Assembly: GCA_965215145.1 (NCBI GenBank)
Contig: OZ244038.1
Location: forward strand, 90,257-154,256
Length of the DNA: 64,000 bases
DNA from: Rhodothermales bacterium
Lineage (GTDB): Bacteria > Bacteroidota > Rhodothermia > Rhodothermales > JANQRZ01
Direction of reading: 5' to 3'
Position numbers and translations under genes: made by a program. Below the pieces are notes generated by a model, which was given only the letters and a program-made list of their open reading frames with translations, was not told the origin of the DNA and searched no databases. Below, in pieces: positions 63,726 to 64,000 of the stretch (positions within the stretch are counted from its first letter, which is position 1; every line of letters begins with the position of its first letter).

Positions 63726-63742
63726 GGTTTCACGGTGAAACA
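63726..63742. promoter_or_regulatory. 17-bp parS-like variant (extra central base)
   Basis: GGTTTCAC-G-GTGAAACA shares its last 16 nt with 62685-62700. It lies in the intergenic region between the yidC stop and the mnmE start. Confidence 0.4.
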
Positions 63743-63796
63743 AAGAGGGCGCCCCCGACCGGTGGGGACGCCCTCGAAGGTGCGGACGGAGGGGTA

Positions 63797-64000
63797 CTAC
63801 GGCCGCGCCTTCTTCGGGCGGCGCGGTTTCTTACCCTTTGCCTGCCCGTTCCGGCCGTTCGTTCGTGCGCGCCCATTCTTACCGGCGGCGCGCCCCCTCT
63901 TCCCCTGCTGCTGCTTCTCCTCCTCCACCTGCTCGTGGACCTCCTTGTTGATCAGCTTCTGCTGGACGATGGTGAGGAGGTTGAAGACGAGGTAGTAGAG
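63797..64000 (-). CDS. yidC: membrane protein insertase YidC, C-terminal end (5' part beyond window)
   Basis: Not in the track (no start in the window). The reverse strand reads LYYLVFNLLTIVQQKLINKEV... followed by a Lys/Arg-rich tail and TAG (63797-63799). Position upstream of mnmE fits the usual yidC-mnmE synteny. Confidence 0.6.
   Translation of the reverse strand, partial: LYYLVFNLLTIVQQKLINKEVHEQVEEEKQQQGKRGRAAGKNGRARTNGRNGQAKGKKPRRPKKARP

Overview
This is a very GC-rich (about 70-75%) bacterial chromosomal segment. It most likely comes from a Bacteroidota/Rhodothermota-type organism: two proteins end in T9SS C-terminal sorting domains, and a CarboxypepD_reg-type TonB receptor sits next to a DUF4249-like partner. 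About 55 protein genes are supportable. They include DNA repair and replication genes (uvrA, recF, mfd, a family-4 UDG, dnaB) and the origin-proximal yidC-mnmE-mnmG-rsmG block. A roughly 14 kb locus holds glycosyltransferase, methyltransferase, membrane-protein and MMPL genes. There are envelope and housekeeping genes (murQ, ilvE, HtrA-like and M48 proteases). The left end is accessory, with mazEF and dinJ-yafQ toxin-antitoxin pairs. No rRNA, tRNA, CRISPR array, transposase or integrase gene was seen. Four observations stand out. (1) An approximately 0.8 kb low-GC islet carries a small-protein plus PIN-like gene pair and is bounded by 22-bp direct repeats that duplicate the 3' end of a ChlI-like AAA+ ATPase gene. 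(2) Inverted copies (about 200 bp) of a modular hairpin element bracket a T9SS cargo gene, and further copies abut stop codons. (3) parS-like sites lie in the mnmE-mnmG-rsmG region, including two 17-bp variants with one extra central base. (4) rsmG, mnmG and the 3' part of mnmE have relaxed third-position GC, and a 5'-truncated methyltransferase sits beside a WYL regulator. Many long track ORFs are antisense or alternate-frame artefacts of the high GC content. Start codons were placed by counting residues from track ORF ends. Functions rest on motif recognition only; no searches were run.
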